DNA of 64,000 nt from Candidatus Bathyarchaeota archaeon (GTDB taxonomy: Archaea > Thermoproteota > Bathyarchaeia > Bathyarchaeales > Bathycorpusculaceae): assembly GCA_963720565.1 (NCBI GenBank), contig CAVRFW010000012.1, positions 32,001-96,000 of the forward strand, written 5' to 3'. Made by a program: the position numbers and the translations under genes. Positions within the stretch are counted from its first letter, which is position 1. Every line of letters starts with the position of its first letter. Below the pieces are notes generated by a model. It was not told the origin of the DNA. It did no database searches and saw nothing but the letters and a program-made list of their open reading frames with translations. Of the stretch, positions 28,717 to 38,689 are shown piece by piece.

Positions 28717-30300
28717 TTGAGTTTCCAATCATTGCTAAGAAATAAATTAGACGGATGGCGGCTTGCACTCCTTGCTTTTATCATAGTTTATGGGGCTTTC
28801 TTGCTTCTTAATCTGGGCTACATGACCGTTCAATGGGATGAAATGCCGCACTTGTACGGAAGCCTACTTTTATCCAATGGACAATTCCGAGACTATGTAG
28901 CCACGTATGGATACTATCCGCCGCTTTACGATATAGTAACGTCTGGCTTCTTTAAACTGCTCGGAGCAAGCGCTTTCTCAGGAAGGCTCACATCAGTAGT
29001 ATTCTCATTGCTTTCAGTATGGATTGTGTTCGAATTCGCGAACCGTACCTACGGGCCAAAAACAGCCCTCGTCGCCAGCATTGTACTCGGAGTCACACCC
29101 GGGTTCTTTTGGCTTTCTAGGGCAGCTATGCTGGAAACTGCATTGATTTTCTTCTTTTCTGGCGCTCTGTACTTTTTCTTTTCTTGGCTACGCCTTAGCC
29201 AAAAAAAGGCGCTAGTCTTGTGCGGGATAGCTGTAGGTGTAGGTTTTCTTGCGAAATACCAAATCCTTGTCGCCGGCATAGTTATGTTAACCGCTATAGT
29301 GCTCCTGGGTAGGGACAAAATTAGGGTAAGATTTTCCAAATTTTTAGTACTTCCCGTGATTGCAGTACTCGTTATTATTCCTTGGGTTTTTGTTCTTTAC
29401 GAGATAAATGGCTTGGAGAAACTCGGAGAACTTCTATACGTAATTCAAGAAGGTGGGCAGGACCGTGCAATCTACAGTGGAAGATTTCCCCTGCCAGTGT
29501 TCTATCTTATTGAGATGACATGGCCCTATAATGATGTCCACCCTGTCTCCCTGCCTTTATACTGTTTGGGCTTAGCGGGGTTGGGATTGTGGGCTTATCG
29601 TAGAAAAGCTGAGGATAAGTTCTTTCTCATATGGTTTATTGTGGTTTATGTTTTCTTCACGTTAATCCCGAATAAACAGTGGCGTTATGTTACGCCTCTT
29701 TTTCCGGTGCTGGCGATTTCAGCCGCAAGTCTGATAGTGTTTGTGTATGGGAAACTGAGAGACTGTTGGAACATGCCTCAGGCTAACGTTAGCAGAAAGC
29801 GTTTGCTCAAGGTCGCCGCAGTCGCTTCAATTATTGTTTCATTGTCAACTGTAGCCTACAGCGGCATGGAAGCATATCAGATGGTTGCGAGGGACCAAAT
29901 TCATATGCCTACGGAAGAAGCTGTCAGCTACGCGGCTCAGCGATTGAATCAGAACGAGTCAATTATAGTTGTTTGTGCTTTCAACTACTTCAACAAAGAC
30001 ATGGTTAAGTTCTATCTTCATGCTGATGGAATTACAGACAATCAGGTGCTTCAGTATCCTGAGATGCCTGTGGACTCTTTCACGCCAGACTTTAATGTAA
30101 CCGAGCTGATTGCACTGTGTCAAGAAAGGAATGTGAAATATGCATTTCTGCCAGAGTATGGAGGTGAGATTCCCTATTTTGGGTCAAACCTAACTGCAAT
30201 GCAGGTCTATCTTGAACTTATTGATTCAGGAGGGTTTAGTTACAGCTACCGAGTTGGCAGTTTCCCCCGCACCATCACGATATTCTCTTTCGAGCATTAA
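28717..30300 (+). CDS. GT-C fold glycosyltransferase (PMT/ArnT family)
   Basis: 'WDE..H', 'YPPLY', 'FLAKY', 'KQWRY..PLFP'; multi-TM; divergent from the Dol-P-sugar synthase gene. Confidence 0.87.
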   Translation: MSFQSLLRNKLDGWRLALLAFIIVYGAFLLLNLGYMTVQWDEMPHLYGSLLLSNGQFRDYVATYGYYPPLYDIVTSGFFKLLGASAFSGRLTSVVFSLLSVWIVFEFANRTYGPKTALVASIVLGVTPGFFWLSRAAMLETALIFFFSGALYFFFSWLRLSQKKALVLCGIAVGVGFLAKYQILVAGIVMLTAIVLLGRDKIRVRFSKFLVLPVIAVLVIIPWVFVLYEINGLEKLGELLYVIQEGGQDRAIYSGRFPLPVFYLIEMTWPYNDVHPVSLPLYCLGLAGLGLWAYRRKAEDKFFLIWFIVVYVFFTLIPNKQWRYVTPLFPVLAISAASLIVFVYGKLRDCWNMPQANVSRKRLLKVAAVASIIVSLSTVAYSGMEAYQMVARDQIHMPTEEAVSYAAQRLNQNESIIVVCAFNYFNKDMVKFYLHADGITDNQVLQYPEMPVDSFTPDFNVTELIALCQERNVKYAFLPEYGGEIPYFGSNLTAMQVYLELIDSGGFSYSYRVGSFPRTITIFSFEH

Positions 30301-30313
30301 ATGCGCATTTGCC

Positions 30314-30760
30314 TCATTGGATTTCGAGAAACTCGAATCCTGTTTCTTTGTTTATTACTCTGCATGCCTTTGGGCAAATTAGTTCCAGAATTACCAATTC
30401 ACCTATGTGCCAAACGTCAACTCCCATACGCACGCACCCGGTAACCGTTTCATTTTTTCTGCCGAAGCTTGCATGCATATGTAGCTTAGGTTTTCCTGAT
30501 TCATCGACAACGATTGTTCCTGCGCCACAACATTCATGCACACCGTTTAACAATGTAATCATAGGTTTAGGAGGAAGCGCAGAGCCATCGCTGGGTCCTA
30601 CTACAATCCGGCTACCCTCTTTTGCACCGCCTAGAAAAAGACAAAATGCCGCGGAAATTTTTTTCTCATTGGCGAATGATTCAACGACATCAGGAAGACG
30701 ATCACCATCATGTAGCCTGAGGACGAAGACTCTGCCAAGTTTTGCTTCGGAATACTGCAT
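30314..30760 (-). CDS. PPC/DUF296 domain protein
   Basis: 'RVFVLRL..GD', 'P.LHMHASFG......TGC'. Confidence 0.88.
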   Translation of the reverse strand: MQYSEAKLGRVFVLRLHDGDRLPDVVESFANEKKISAAFCLFLGGAKEGSRIVVGPSDGSALPPKPMITLLNGVHECCGAGTIVVDESGKPKLHMHASFGRKNETVTGCVRMGVDVWHIGELVILELICPKACRVINKETGFEFLEIQ

Positions 30761-30859
30761 TATTGCACCCCTCGCGAATCTGTTACAAGATAAGAGTTGT
30801 TGACTATAAGAATAATCTTGAATTGTGGGTGCATTCGTGACTTGATGCTTATGTCGAGT

Positions 30860-31021
30860 TTATACTCGTTTGAGGTAGAGAGGTTTTTCAGCTTCTTTTT
30901 GTCTTTTTTCTGCGCTTATGTCCGTTTCGGTGCATGTTGCTGAAATGACTGGTCCTTCTATTACTAAATCGTCCGTTGTTTTTTGAACTGGAATTCTGTG
31001 GAGCTTTGAGTTAGGACTCAT
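30860..31021 (-). CDS. Small hypothetical protein (53 aa; TT-x-D...IEGPV motif)
   Basis: Manual translation MSPNSKLHRIPVQKTTDDLVIEGPVISATCTETDISAEKRQKEAEKPLYLKRV; fills an intergenic gap. Confidence 0.5.
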   Translation of the reverse strand: MSPNSKLHRIPVQKTTDDLVIEGPVISATCTETDISAEKRQKEAEKPLYLKRV

Positions 31022-31245
31022 TTCTGAACTCTCGTGGAGGTATATGTTATTATAAGTAGTAAGACTTAATAAACGTTTTCTGATTCAATTTACTAAAATA
31101 ATCCAAGAGACAAGAGACTGAACTTAAGCTTCATTCAACCGAAGTTGAACGCCGCGACCTTAATCTTTTCTCAATAATCCTCTGCACTGCGCAGGCTAAT
31201 GTTTTGCCTGGAAAAGGCAAATTGAAGGTACTATAGACCTCTACA

Positions 31246-32352
31246 CTATTCTGAGAAGTAAGTTGTCAATTGTTTCTGTTTTTTCTCTTCTTTGACAAGT
31301 TGTGAGACTTTGATTCCAACTCTTCTGATCTCCAAATTTCCTTCGCTTAAGAATTTTTCTAGAAGGGCTCGAATAACACGCTTTGAGACCTCAGGATCTC
31401 TATTTAATTGTTCCATGGTGGTTGACCTACTTCGCACAGTCAAATCCGTCATTATAGTCATTATGCCTACTTGTTTGAACAACAAATTCTTCTGCACGAG
31501 TTCATCGTAAATCTCTCCGAATAACTCATCAGTCTTATTCGAGATCAAAACCAAGTCGCGTGTATCTTGTTTCAGAGTTGCGATCCGGCTGATGGACACT
31601 GCGTCACCCGCTTCCTTCACCGGTTCATTGTCTATTCCTTTGGAAGCATTGCAGAAATATACTCCTGAGGCTTTTCCGAAAACTTCAACAAGCCTTTGGA
31701 CGTCATATCTTGATAAATCGGCTATTGTCTTAATGGACAATTCGCTCATTCTGTTTGCGGTTTTCCGCCCAACACCTATAAGTCGGTCCACGGGCAACGG
31801 GTTTAGGAAGCTTGCAACCTCATCAGGTTTAATGATTGTCAAACCGTCAGGTTTCTGAGCATCAGAAGCGATTTTGGCGACAAGCTTGTTTGGGGCTACA
31901 CCCACCGAAAATATGGTGCCAACTTGCTTCTTAACCTCTGTCTTCAACGTTTTTACCAGTTCTTTCGTTTTTTCAAAGTTTCCCTCTACTTTGTGAGAAA
32001 CGTCCAAGAATGCTTCGTCAATGCCTACTTGCTCGAATATGTCTGCATAGCTTCTTAGAATATTCATTATCTTTTCTGATGTTTCTTCATAATACTTGTA
32101 ATCCACAGGCAGGAAAACTGCGTCCGTGCCGTCCAGTTTTCTTTTCGCCAAGAAAAGAGGCATCCCTGATTTAACCCCGTATTGCCTGGCTATATAGTTG
32201 GCAGTGCTGACCGCCCCGCTTTCCTCTGTCCGTCCTGAATAGACGCCTACTACAACCGGTTTGTTCTTCAAGGAATCATTCCGTAGCTCTTCGCACTGGG
32301 CAAAAAAGTAGTCTAAGTCCACCAGCATTATAACTCGATTCTGAACCGGCAA
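31246..32352 (-). CDS. dbh: Y-family DNA polymerase IV (Dpo4/DinB)
   Basis: VDLDYFFAQCE, STANYIARQYGVKSGMP, GIDEAFLD, NKLVAKIAS..KPDG, C-terminal PIP-box-like QKQLTTYF. Confidence 0.96.
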   Translation of the reverse strand: MPVQNRVIMLVDLDYFFAQCEELRNDSLKNKPVVVGVYSGRTEESGAVSTANYIARQYGVKSGMPLFLAKRKLDGTDAVFLPVDYKYYEETSEKIMNILRSYADIFEQVGIDEAFLDVSHKVEGNFEKTKELVKTLKTEVKKQVGTIFSVGVAPNKLVAKIASDAQKPDGLTIIKPDEVASFLNPLPVDRLIGVGRKTANRMSELSIKTIADLSRYDVQRLVEVFGKASGVYFCNASKGIDNEPVKEAGDAVSISRIATLKQDTRDLVLISNKTDELFGEIYDELVQKNLLFKQVGIMTIMTDLTVRSRSTTMEQLNRDPEVSKRVIRALLEKFLSEGNLEIRRVGIKVSQLVKEEKKQKQLTTYFSE

Positions 32353-32358
32353 AGCACT

Positions 32359-33219
32359 TCACCTCTTAGCAGACGGAAGGAGCCATGAACCATCACAAGC
32401 TGCAGTATTCAACTCGGACAGACCTTCCCTGCAAACACCAAACTTCAAACCATTAGCGGTGACTAATTCCTGCAAGTTCTTCATGAGTTTTAGGCGTAAG
32501 GTTTTTGGCAATAATGTGTAACCTCCAATTCTTTCTCCTTGGCGAAAATAAAGGTCTTTTAGTTTTTCTGCAGCCTCGGGAAAAACAGTGGAGAAGCGAC
32601 GCCAATTGTCAGGTCTAACCTTGTAAGTTGAACTAGTTATGTGCCTCACGCCACTGTTGACGAGTTTCTCAACCAGCTTCTCAGGTTTGTCATTCACGAA
32701 GGGTATAATGGGATCTATTCGGACAGAAACCGGAATTCCTTCGCGAGACAAGTCTTTCAGAGCTCTGATTCGCTCACTAGGTAACGGGGCTTGTGGCTCT
32801 AAGAGTCTTGCTGTGCAATCGTCGTCTGTTGTTATAGTTAAGGCCACGGTTGATGGTACTTTGACAAGCAAATCATCATCTCGGGTAACCATACTGGATT
32901 TGGTGATTATCTGGATTCGACAGTCGTTTTCCGTTAGGATTTCCAGGCATTTCCGAGTAATTCCAGCAGAGGCTTCCATTCGGGGATAAGGATCAGATGA
33001 GTTGGCTATTGACACTATTTCTCCTTTGAGTTTTGAGGCTTCTGTTCTCAGTCTTTGGAGAAACTCTTTTTTTGGGCGGCACTCAGAAAAGTTAGGAACA
33101 TAGCTTGACGCGTAGCAATAGACGCAAGAATGGTCACAGCCGCTGTACGGGTTAAGAGTCAATTTGGGTGGACATGAGCAGAGTTTTGAGCGCCACGGAT
33201 CGAAATGTGATATCAGCAC
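32359..33219 (-). CDS. Radical SAM protein, spore photoproduct lyase-like family
   Basis: LNPYSGCDHSCVYCYA, SSDPYP, IITKS, R.DPIIP. Confidence 0.88.
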   Translation of the reverse strand: MLISHFDPWRSKLCSCPPKLTLNPYSGCDHSCVYCYASSYVPNFSECRPKKEFLQRLRTEASKLKGEIVSIANSSDPYPRMEASAGITRKCLEILTENDCRIQIITKSSMVTRDDDLLVKVPSTVALTITTDDDCTARLLEPQAPLPSERIRALKDLSREGIPVSVRIDPIIPFVNDKPEKLVEKLVNSGVRHITSSTYKVRPDNWRRFSTVFPEAAEKLKDLYFRQGERIGGYTLLPKTLRLKLMKNLQELVTANGLKFGVCREGLSELNTAACDGSWLLPSAKR

Positions 33220-33330
33220 TAATCGTCACTGGCTAGACTATACTTCTAAAGGTGGAAAAAAACAATTCGTTAACGTCAATGACTTTTTGGCAGGAAATTT
33301 CAGATAATACTATATAAAGCCAGTTACTCG

Positions 33331-33567
33331 TTAGGTGGCGGTGCTTTTCTTTTGGAAACATGACGAGGAATTCCAGTCTTTCCTTTTCTTGACAGCCCCT
33401 TTGAAGCTACGAAGCCTCTCCTCGCAAATACCTTTCTTCCATGAACATATTCCACTGATTATCTCGCTCAAGTAGTATTCGAACTCTTCGTCTGTTAAGC
33501 CCTTGGCGCAATCGACACGATAGACAATTTCATCTTTCTCTCTGCTGGCGGTTATCGAAACCAACAC
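33331..33567 (-). CDS. Hypothetical protein
   Basis: 78-aa ORF filling the gap between genes; no motif recognised. Confidence 0.45.
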   Translation of the reverse strand: MLVSITASREKDEIVYRVDCAKGLTDEEFEYYLSEIISGICSWKKGICEERLRSFKGAVKKRKDWNSSSCFQKKSTAT

Positions 33568-33722
33568 GGCTGCTTTCTTTTTTCACAGCTACCCACTCAA
33601 ACCTCTATTTGTTGATTGTTTCAAATTTAAGTTTTCGCAATATTTCTTCGTCAAGGTTTTCCTACCGCAACAGATAAAAACGTGCAAGGTAACCTTGAAA
33701 GGGTTTGTTGCAGGTGATTGGG

Positions 33723-33917
33723 ATGCCCTCTGAAATTCATGATGTTGAAAAGTTTGTTGCATTAAGCGCCAACGCTAAGCACTGCTCAGTGAAAAGGTTG
33801 AAGGAAAATGTGAAGCTAAAACTGCGAACCCCGAGCAGGCTTTACACTCTGAAAGTGGAACCTCTGAAGGCTGATGAAATTATTAAGAAATTAAAATGCG
33901 AAATTGAAGAGATCTGA
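33723..33917 (+). CDS. rpl38e: 50S ribosomal protein eL38 (L38e)
   Basis: MPSEI.DVEKF...VKLKLRTPSRLYTLKV pattern; GGTGA SD-like site before ATG 33723. Confidence 0.85.
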   Translation: MPSEIHDVEKFVALSANAKHCSVKRLKENVKLKLRTPSRLYTLKVEPLKADEIIKKLKCEIEEI

Positions 33918-34107
33918 GGTCGAAGCGAAGACTAGCAATCAGCGTTGCACCGAACCCGGTGACCGGCTTTCCTGTTTTTATTTGAAATTGCAGCCCCGGA
34001 AGAATTTGCTCCTTTAAGACTCCATTAAATTGCAGGTGAATTCATTACTGCAATCCCTAAGCTTATAAAGAAAACGTACATAAATATGAAGAAGGAGAGG
34101 AACAAAA

Positions 34108-34479
34108 ATGGGTTATGAGTCATTGTTAATACAGATCGTCGTCGCTGCTGTAGTTCTTGCTCCAGTGCTGTACTTTGTTGGCAAATGGTTCGTTGGCAAA
34201 GACAAGGCAAAATTCACCGATGCCCTATGGATTGGAATTCTGGGAGTAGTAATTGGCGCAGTCGTTGGCTTCATACTTGGCGGTGCACTTGGTTCAATCC
34301 TCGGACTGCTAATTATGATAATAGTCTGGGTGGCATTGGTTCGACACTTCTTCGACTGTTCTTGGATGAAAGCGGTAGTAATAGCGGTTATTGCAGGTAT
34401 ACTCTACTGGATCATATCGTTGATACTATCGTTCATACTGGTGATGCTTGGGCTTCCAGCACTACCATCTTTGTGGTAA
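34108..34479 (+). CDS. Small multi-TM hypothetical membrane protein
   Basis: Four hydrophobic helices; strong GGAGAGG upstream. Confidence 0.75.
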   Translation: MGYESLLIQIVVAAVVLAPVLYFVGKWFVGKDKAKFTDALWIGILGVVIGAVVGFILGGALGSILGLLIMIIVWVALVRHFFDCSWMKAVVIAVIAGILYWIISLILSFILVMLGLPALPSLW

Positions 34480-34705
34480 ACGTCATCAGAGAGTCCTTAA
34501 ATTCTTTTTATTTTTTGTTTCAACAATTTCTAGTTATTTGAGTGCATGAAAAACTAAGTTAGTCAGTTTGAGCGTTATGATTTCGCTGTTCTTATTTGGA
34601 TTCAAATCTATATCGCAGGAAAGTGAAAAGGACTCTGGTAAATGAATACTTAATAAACAATAAATAAATACGGGTAGCAATGAATCTAATTACAGTGAGA
34701 TATAG

Positions 34706-35110
34706 ATGACGAACGTTGAGAAGATAGAAGGAATAGGACCCGACTACAAAAAGAAGCTTGCAGTAGCAAAGATTATGACCACGGAACAATTGCTCGAAGC
34801 AGGTTCAAAGAAGAAGGGTCGTGAGGACCTTGCGGAGAAATCGGGAATCTCGCCAAAGTTGATTCTTGAGTGGGTGAATTTGGCAGACTTGATGAGGATT
34901 AAAGGCGTAGGCGAGGAATACTCAGATCTCTTAGAGGAAGCAGGAGTAGACACTATTGCAGAACTGGCAAATAGAAAACCAGAAAATCTTATCACCAAGA
35001 TTCTTGAAGTAAACGAAAAAGAAAAACTCGTTCGAAGACCCCCAGTCCTAAAGCAGGTTCAAAATTGGGTGGAACAAGCAAAGAAGTTGCCCAAAATAGT
35101 CGAGTACTAA
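34706..35110 (+). CDS. DUF4332-type helix-hairpin-helix protein
   Basis: IEGIG..., WVNLADLMRIKGVGEEYSDLLEEAGVDT. Confidence 0.88.
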   Translation: MTNVEKIEGIGPDYKKKLAVAKIMTTEQLLEAGSKKKGREDLAEKSGISPKLILEWVNLADLMRIKGVGEEYSDLLEEAGVDTIAELANRKPENLITKILEVNEKEKLVRRPPVLKQVQNWVEQAKKLPKIVEY

Positions 35111-35126
35111 ACTTTTCGCCCAGAGA

Positions 35127-35154
35127 GCACGGAGTTTTCCGTGCATTATTTTTC
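35127..35154 (+). terminator. Putative terminator hairpin
   Basis: GCACGGA-GTTT-TCCGTGC stem-loop followed by a T-rich tract, 17 bp after the stop. Confidence 0.5.
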
Positions 35155-35408
35155 TCTTGTTGCCAAAAAAAATTGTTAAATTAGCGATAATGTTATGAGA
35201 TTTGATTTTTTTTCCCACTAGACTGCAGTAGGAACATGTGGTTACTATAGATCACGCTATGATAAGCTCTGCATATTTTTCAACATAGCAAAATGGTATT
35301 GTAGCAATTTTTGGTGTGTTGGCAGCAACCCAATGCAATCCGGACGGAGGAATTTTTCTCATAATGACGAAGACTATTAGGAAAGTTGGGTGATCGCCTA
35401 TCTTGTTG

Positions 35409-35486
35409 TGGTGGGCCGGACCGGATTCGGACCGGCGACCTTCTGCACGTCAAGCAGATGTCCTAACCAGGCTAGACGACCGGCCC
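35409..35486 (-). tRNA. tRNA-Val(GAC), CCA encoded
   Basis: GGGCCGG/CCGGCCC acceptor, TCTGC-TTGACGT-GCAGA anticodon arm, T-loop TCCGAAT, ACCA end. Confidence 0.93.
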
Positions 35487-35695
35487 ACTCGTATGTTTGC
35501 AGTGACAAGCTTTCGGTGTTCGGAATATTTATGGGTTTTGCGCAAAGCCCTCTGCCTCAAACGTTTCTTGTTTAGTCTGAGATGCGAAATATGTCGTAAA
35601 TCGCAGTTCGCTACTTAAATACCCAAAACACTTACCAGTTCAATGGGAAGAGAGAGGGGGAGGCTGGAATACTAAGAATCAAAACGGTTCCGAGT

Positions 35696-36019
35696 TTGGC
35701 CATGATCTTAAGCGGAACAATGGATTGGCTGACAACAATCGTCGGAATCGGTTTCTTTGGAGCTATAGAAAGCAACCCGTTTATGTCAGGCTTAACCAGC
35801 ACAAGCCTCATCACTTTCACAGTTGTTAAACTTTCAACAACGCTGCTTGTAGCGTTCATGTTTCACAAAGCAGATCAAACATTACTTGAGACAATGGATA
35901 AGAAGAGCCGTTCCTTTTCTCTAACGCGTCTAACTCTGAAGGGTGCATATGTCATCTCGACAGCGCTATTAGCTGCAGCCGTGTTAAACAACATCATCGT
36001 TGTCGTCCGAGCCCTTTGA
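35696..36019 (+). CDS. DUF5658-like small membrane protein
   Basis: 'D.LTT..G....AIE.NP.M', 'K', terminal 'NN' pattern. Confidence 0.72.
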   Translation: MAMILSGTMDWLTTIVGIGFFGAIESNPFMSGLTSTSLITFTVVKLSTTLLVAFMFHKADQTLLETMDKKSRSFSLTRLTLKGAYVISTALLAAAVLNNIIVVVRAL

Positions 36020-36455
36020 AGAGAAACAATGTGAAGAGCTTTTAATTAGAAACTGCACTTTCCCTGCTGCAACAATAGAAGGCGGGTTTAAGACACTGCA
36101 AAACGAGTTCAAACCAAAAGTTGTGTGGTTAATTCTAAACGGAAAACCGGAGGAGGCACTTATGCTCTTAGCGAAAAACTACAGTGTTGCGGTCCCCAAG
36201 TTAAAAGTCGGTTTGCCCAAGGGACGTGCCACAAAAGCTTACGGATGCTATAGCCCAAGCAACGAGACTATTTCAGTGCTTAATAGCGATGTAATTCAAA
36301 ACCCTTTTGTAATTCTTCACGAGTTCTACCATCACCTTCGAACTTCTATTGATAAGCAGCACAAGGGTACGGAAAAAAACGCAGACAAGTTCGCGTTGGA
36401 GTTTCTAGCGTCCTACAGATCAACAGATCCTGTGGGAGAAACTGAGCCAACGTAA
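36000..36455 (+). CDS. Small zincin-like metallopeptidase (HExxH)
   Basis: 'ILHEFYHHL...E.NAD.FA'; start uncertain. Confidence 0.75.
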   Translation: MSSEPFEEKQCEELLIRNCTFPAATIEGGFKTLQNEFKPKVVWLILNGKPEEALMLLAKNYSVAVPKLKVGLPKGRATKAYGCYSPSNETISVLNSDVIQNPFVILHEFYHHLRTSIDKQHKGTEKNADKFALEFLASYRSTDPVGETEPT

Positions 36456-36461
36456 TCTTTT

Positions 36462-36854
36462 TTATTCCCCGAGAATCCGAAGAGTTAACTTTTCACCCTT
36501 GGAGTCGTAAACAATGGCATTTTGAAGGTTAACGAAGGGAAAACCTACAATCATTAAGATACGCCCGAAGAAGTGATTAAGGTCTACAGTCGAAGGATTA
36601 AGGTTTCCAGACGGGTGAGAATGCACTGTACCAACAATAGAAAAATCCATTGGCAACATGTGAAACGGCAGATTGGCAAAGCCATACCCATAGACCGCTA
36701 AAGGCGGGACAACAAGATCCGTCACCCTGATTTCCTCTTTTCTCTTCCTGCCGCGGAGAAGAAGAAATGTCTCTCTTGGATAGAGTCTTCTTGCACCCTC
36801 GAATATTGAATCCAGCAAGTCAAGGTTAATCGTAACCGTTAGGTTGTTGCTCAT
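36462..36854 (-). CDS. JAB1/MPN (JAMM) domain metalloprotease
   Basis: 'YPRE' Glu and 'VHSHPSGNLNPSTVD' HxH-x7-S-xx-D; start placed at ATG 36854. Confidence 0.9.
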   Translation of the reverse strand: MSNNLTVTINLDLLDSIFEGARRLYPRETFLLLRGRKRKEEIRVTDLVVPPLAVYGYGFANLPFHMLPMDFSIVGTVHSHPSGNLNPSTVDLNHFFGRILMIVGFPFVNLQNAIVYDSKGEKLTLRILGE

Positions 36855-36958
36855 GGCAATCCTCAAGGGGGTTACTCGCCTAATTACCTTTCCCGAGTTA
36901 GTTGTCATCTCTGATACAGAAAACAGAAATAAACAAGAGCAGCAATTAGACAAGCGGA

Positions 36959-37043
36959 GCCGGGATGGCAGAGTGGTTAACGCGCGGGCCTTGAGAGCCC
37001 GTGGATCTTCTGGTCCGCATGGGTTCGAATCCCATTCCCGGCG
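36959..37043 (+). tRNA. tRNA-Ser(TGA)
   Basis: GCCGGGA/TCCCGGC acceptor, CGGGC-CTTGAGA-GCCCG anticodon arm, long variable arm, TTCGAAT T-loop. Confidence 0.95.
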
Positions 37044-37392
37044 CCTATTTACTATTAGATTTGAGGTTGAGCGGGTACTCCGCAGTGGATTTTGAATGTG
37101 TATTGGTAGTGTTGATTCTTGATGGTGTTTTAATGGTTTTTCGCGTATGTGTTGTACAGTTCGCTTGGCCTCCGTATTATGTTGGTTTTGGGGACATTTC
37201 GGGGTCTGATACGTTGCGATTTTCGGGTTTACCGTGTTCTACAGTATGCTCTGGTATGTTTGTGGTATGCCTCTATCGTTATATCGGCGTTTGCGCATTG
37301 ATAGTATCGTACGACATATGTCTCACTAAAGACCTATCGTACACGTGTAGAACAAAAATACAATAAAAACCGCAAGGAGAAAAAACAAACAA

Positions 37393-37803
37393 ATGAACAA
37401 CCCACAAAAGGAAGCCCAAACAAAACTCACCAAAGGCCTACTCGACATGATCGTCCTCCAACTACTAAGGAACGAGCCCATGCACGGCTACCAAATCATA
37501 ACTAGCATTCGAAGAAGCTTCGGTGTGTACTTTGGTCCCAGCACCGTTTATCCCATGTTGGGTGTGCTTGAGAAGAAAGGACAAGTCAAAAGCGAGTGGA
37601 ACATGAATGGCGAGAGACCCCGTAAAGTTTACACCCTTACTGTTGAGGGTCAGAATCTGTTGTCTTTCACTGAGGGTTCTTTGAATCTGATTTGCAGGAC
37701 TTTATCCAAGACTTCTGCTGCTGAGGCTGCCGTTACGGTGTATCCTTCAGCTATCCGCAGCAATGTTGGGAAAGCTATAAGCAATCCTGCCTTCGCTCGC
37801 TAG
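37393..37803 (+). CDS. PadR family transcriptional regulator
   Basis: KGLLDMIVL, PMHGYQI, STVYP.L..LE..G, RPRKVY.LT..G. Confidence 0.93.
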   Translation: MNNPQKEAQTKLTKGLLDMIVLQLLRNEPMHGYQIITSIRRSFGVYFGPSTVYPMLGVLEKKGQVKSEWNMNGERPRKVYTLTVEGQNLLSFTEGSLNLICRTLSKTSAAEAAVTVYPSAIRSNVGKAISNPAFAR

Positions 37804-38187
37804 AACAAAGAAAACAGAACTTTCTTCCAAAGCTCCTCTGTTTCCACCACACTATGAAAGGTAAACCCTCCGAATCCTACTACTATCTGGTTTTGCTCGG
37901 ATACAGCGTCGAAAAATGGGTTGCTATAGTAGCAAACCTCCCATAGCGCTAAAGTGCAAGACTCCAGGTTGGGCAAGGGAACAAGGTGGGCGCAAATCCA
38001 TTTAGGGCGCTCCAGAAAAGAGGACCAATCGCTACTGAAAACTCTTACTTGAAATCACTCACTTTGATTTTCCAAGTACTCAGCCAGTCTTTTCCAAATT
38101 AGTAAGAGGGCTAATTATTTGCAGTTCATAATTGTTAAGTTTAAGGGGTAAGAATAGCAGTGAAAACACTGAAAAAGAGGAAAAGAA

Positions 38188-38454
38188 ATGCCGGAATTTC
38201 TCGTCTTGTTGAAGTTGAATCCTATGCAGATAATAGATGCGCTTAGCGCAATCAGAAACTTGGAGCAAAAACCCGTTCCAGGCGTGGATTTGCTATACAG
38301 CATAAACATTTTTGGTTCATGGGATGCGGGGGTATGGATAAACGCTAACGAAAACGCGCAAGCCTTGGATTTCGTTCAGAAAAAGATAAAGACCCTTGGC
38401 GGCGTGACCGAAACTTATTCGATACCGACGTTTCCGCATGGTAACGGAGTCTAG
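38188..38454 (+). CDS. Stand-alone Lrp/AsnC-type ligand-binding/GYD-like domain protein
   Basis: Close paralogue of 10368-10670 (shared MPE.LVL.KLNP, NIFGSWD, PTFPHGN). Confidence 0.72.
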   Translation: MPEFLVLLKLNPMQIIDALSAIRNLEQKPVPGVDLLYSINIFGSWDAGVWINANENAQALDFVQKKIKTLGGVTETYSIPTFPHGNGV

Positions 38455-38689
38455 AAGCCTAGCATCAATGGATACTTGACCTTAGCAATACGTTGTTCCT
38501 GCAAAGCTGAATTTTCTTAGGTCGCCTTCCGCGTCTAGTCCCCCTTGTGTATTTGTGTTTTACAGAAATACAAGATGTATACGTAATACTTAGTGAGCTT
38601 AAACAACCACTAAATACAACTTTTGAGCAGAGTAAACCAAAGCAGTGTGCCTATACGATGCAGCAGAGAGACGCGAGGTACGGTAGCGC

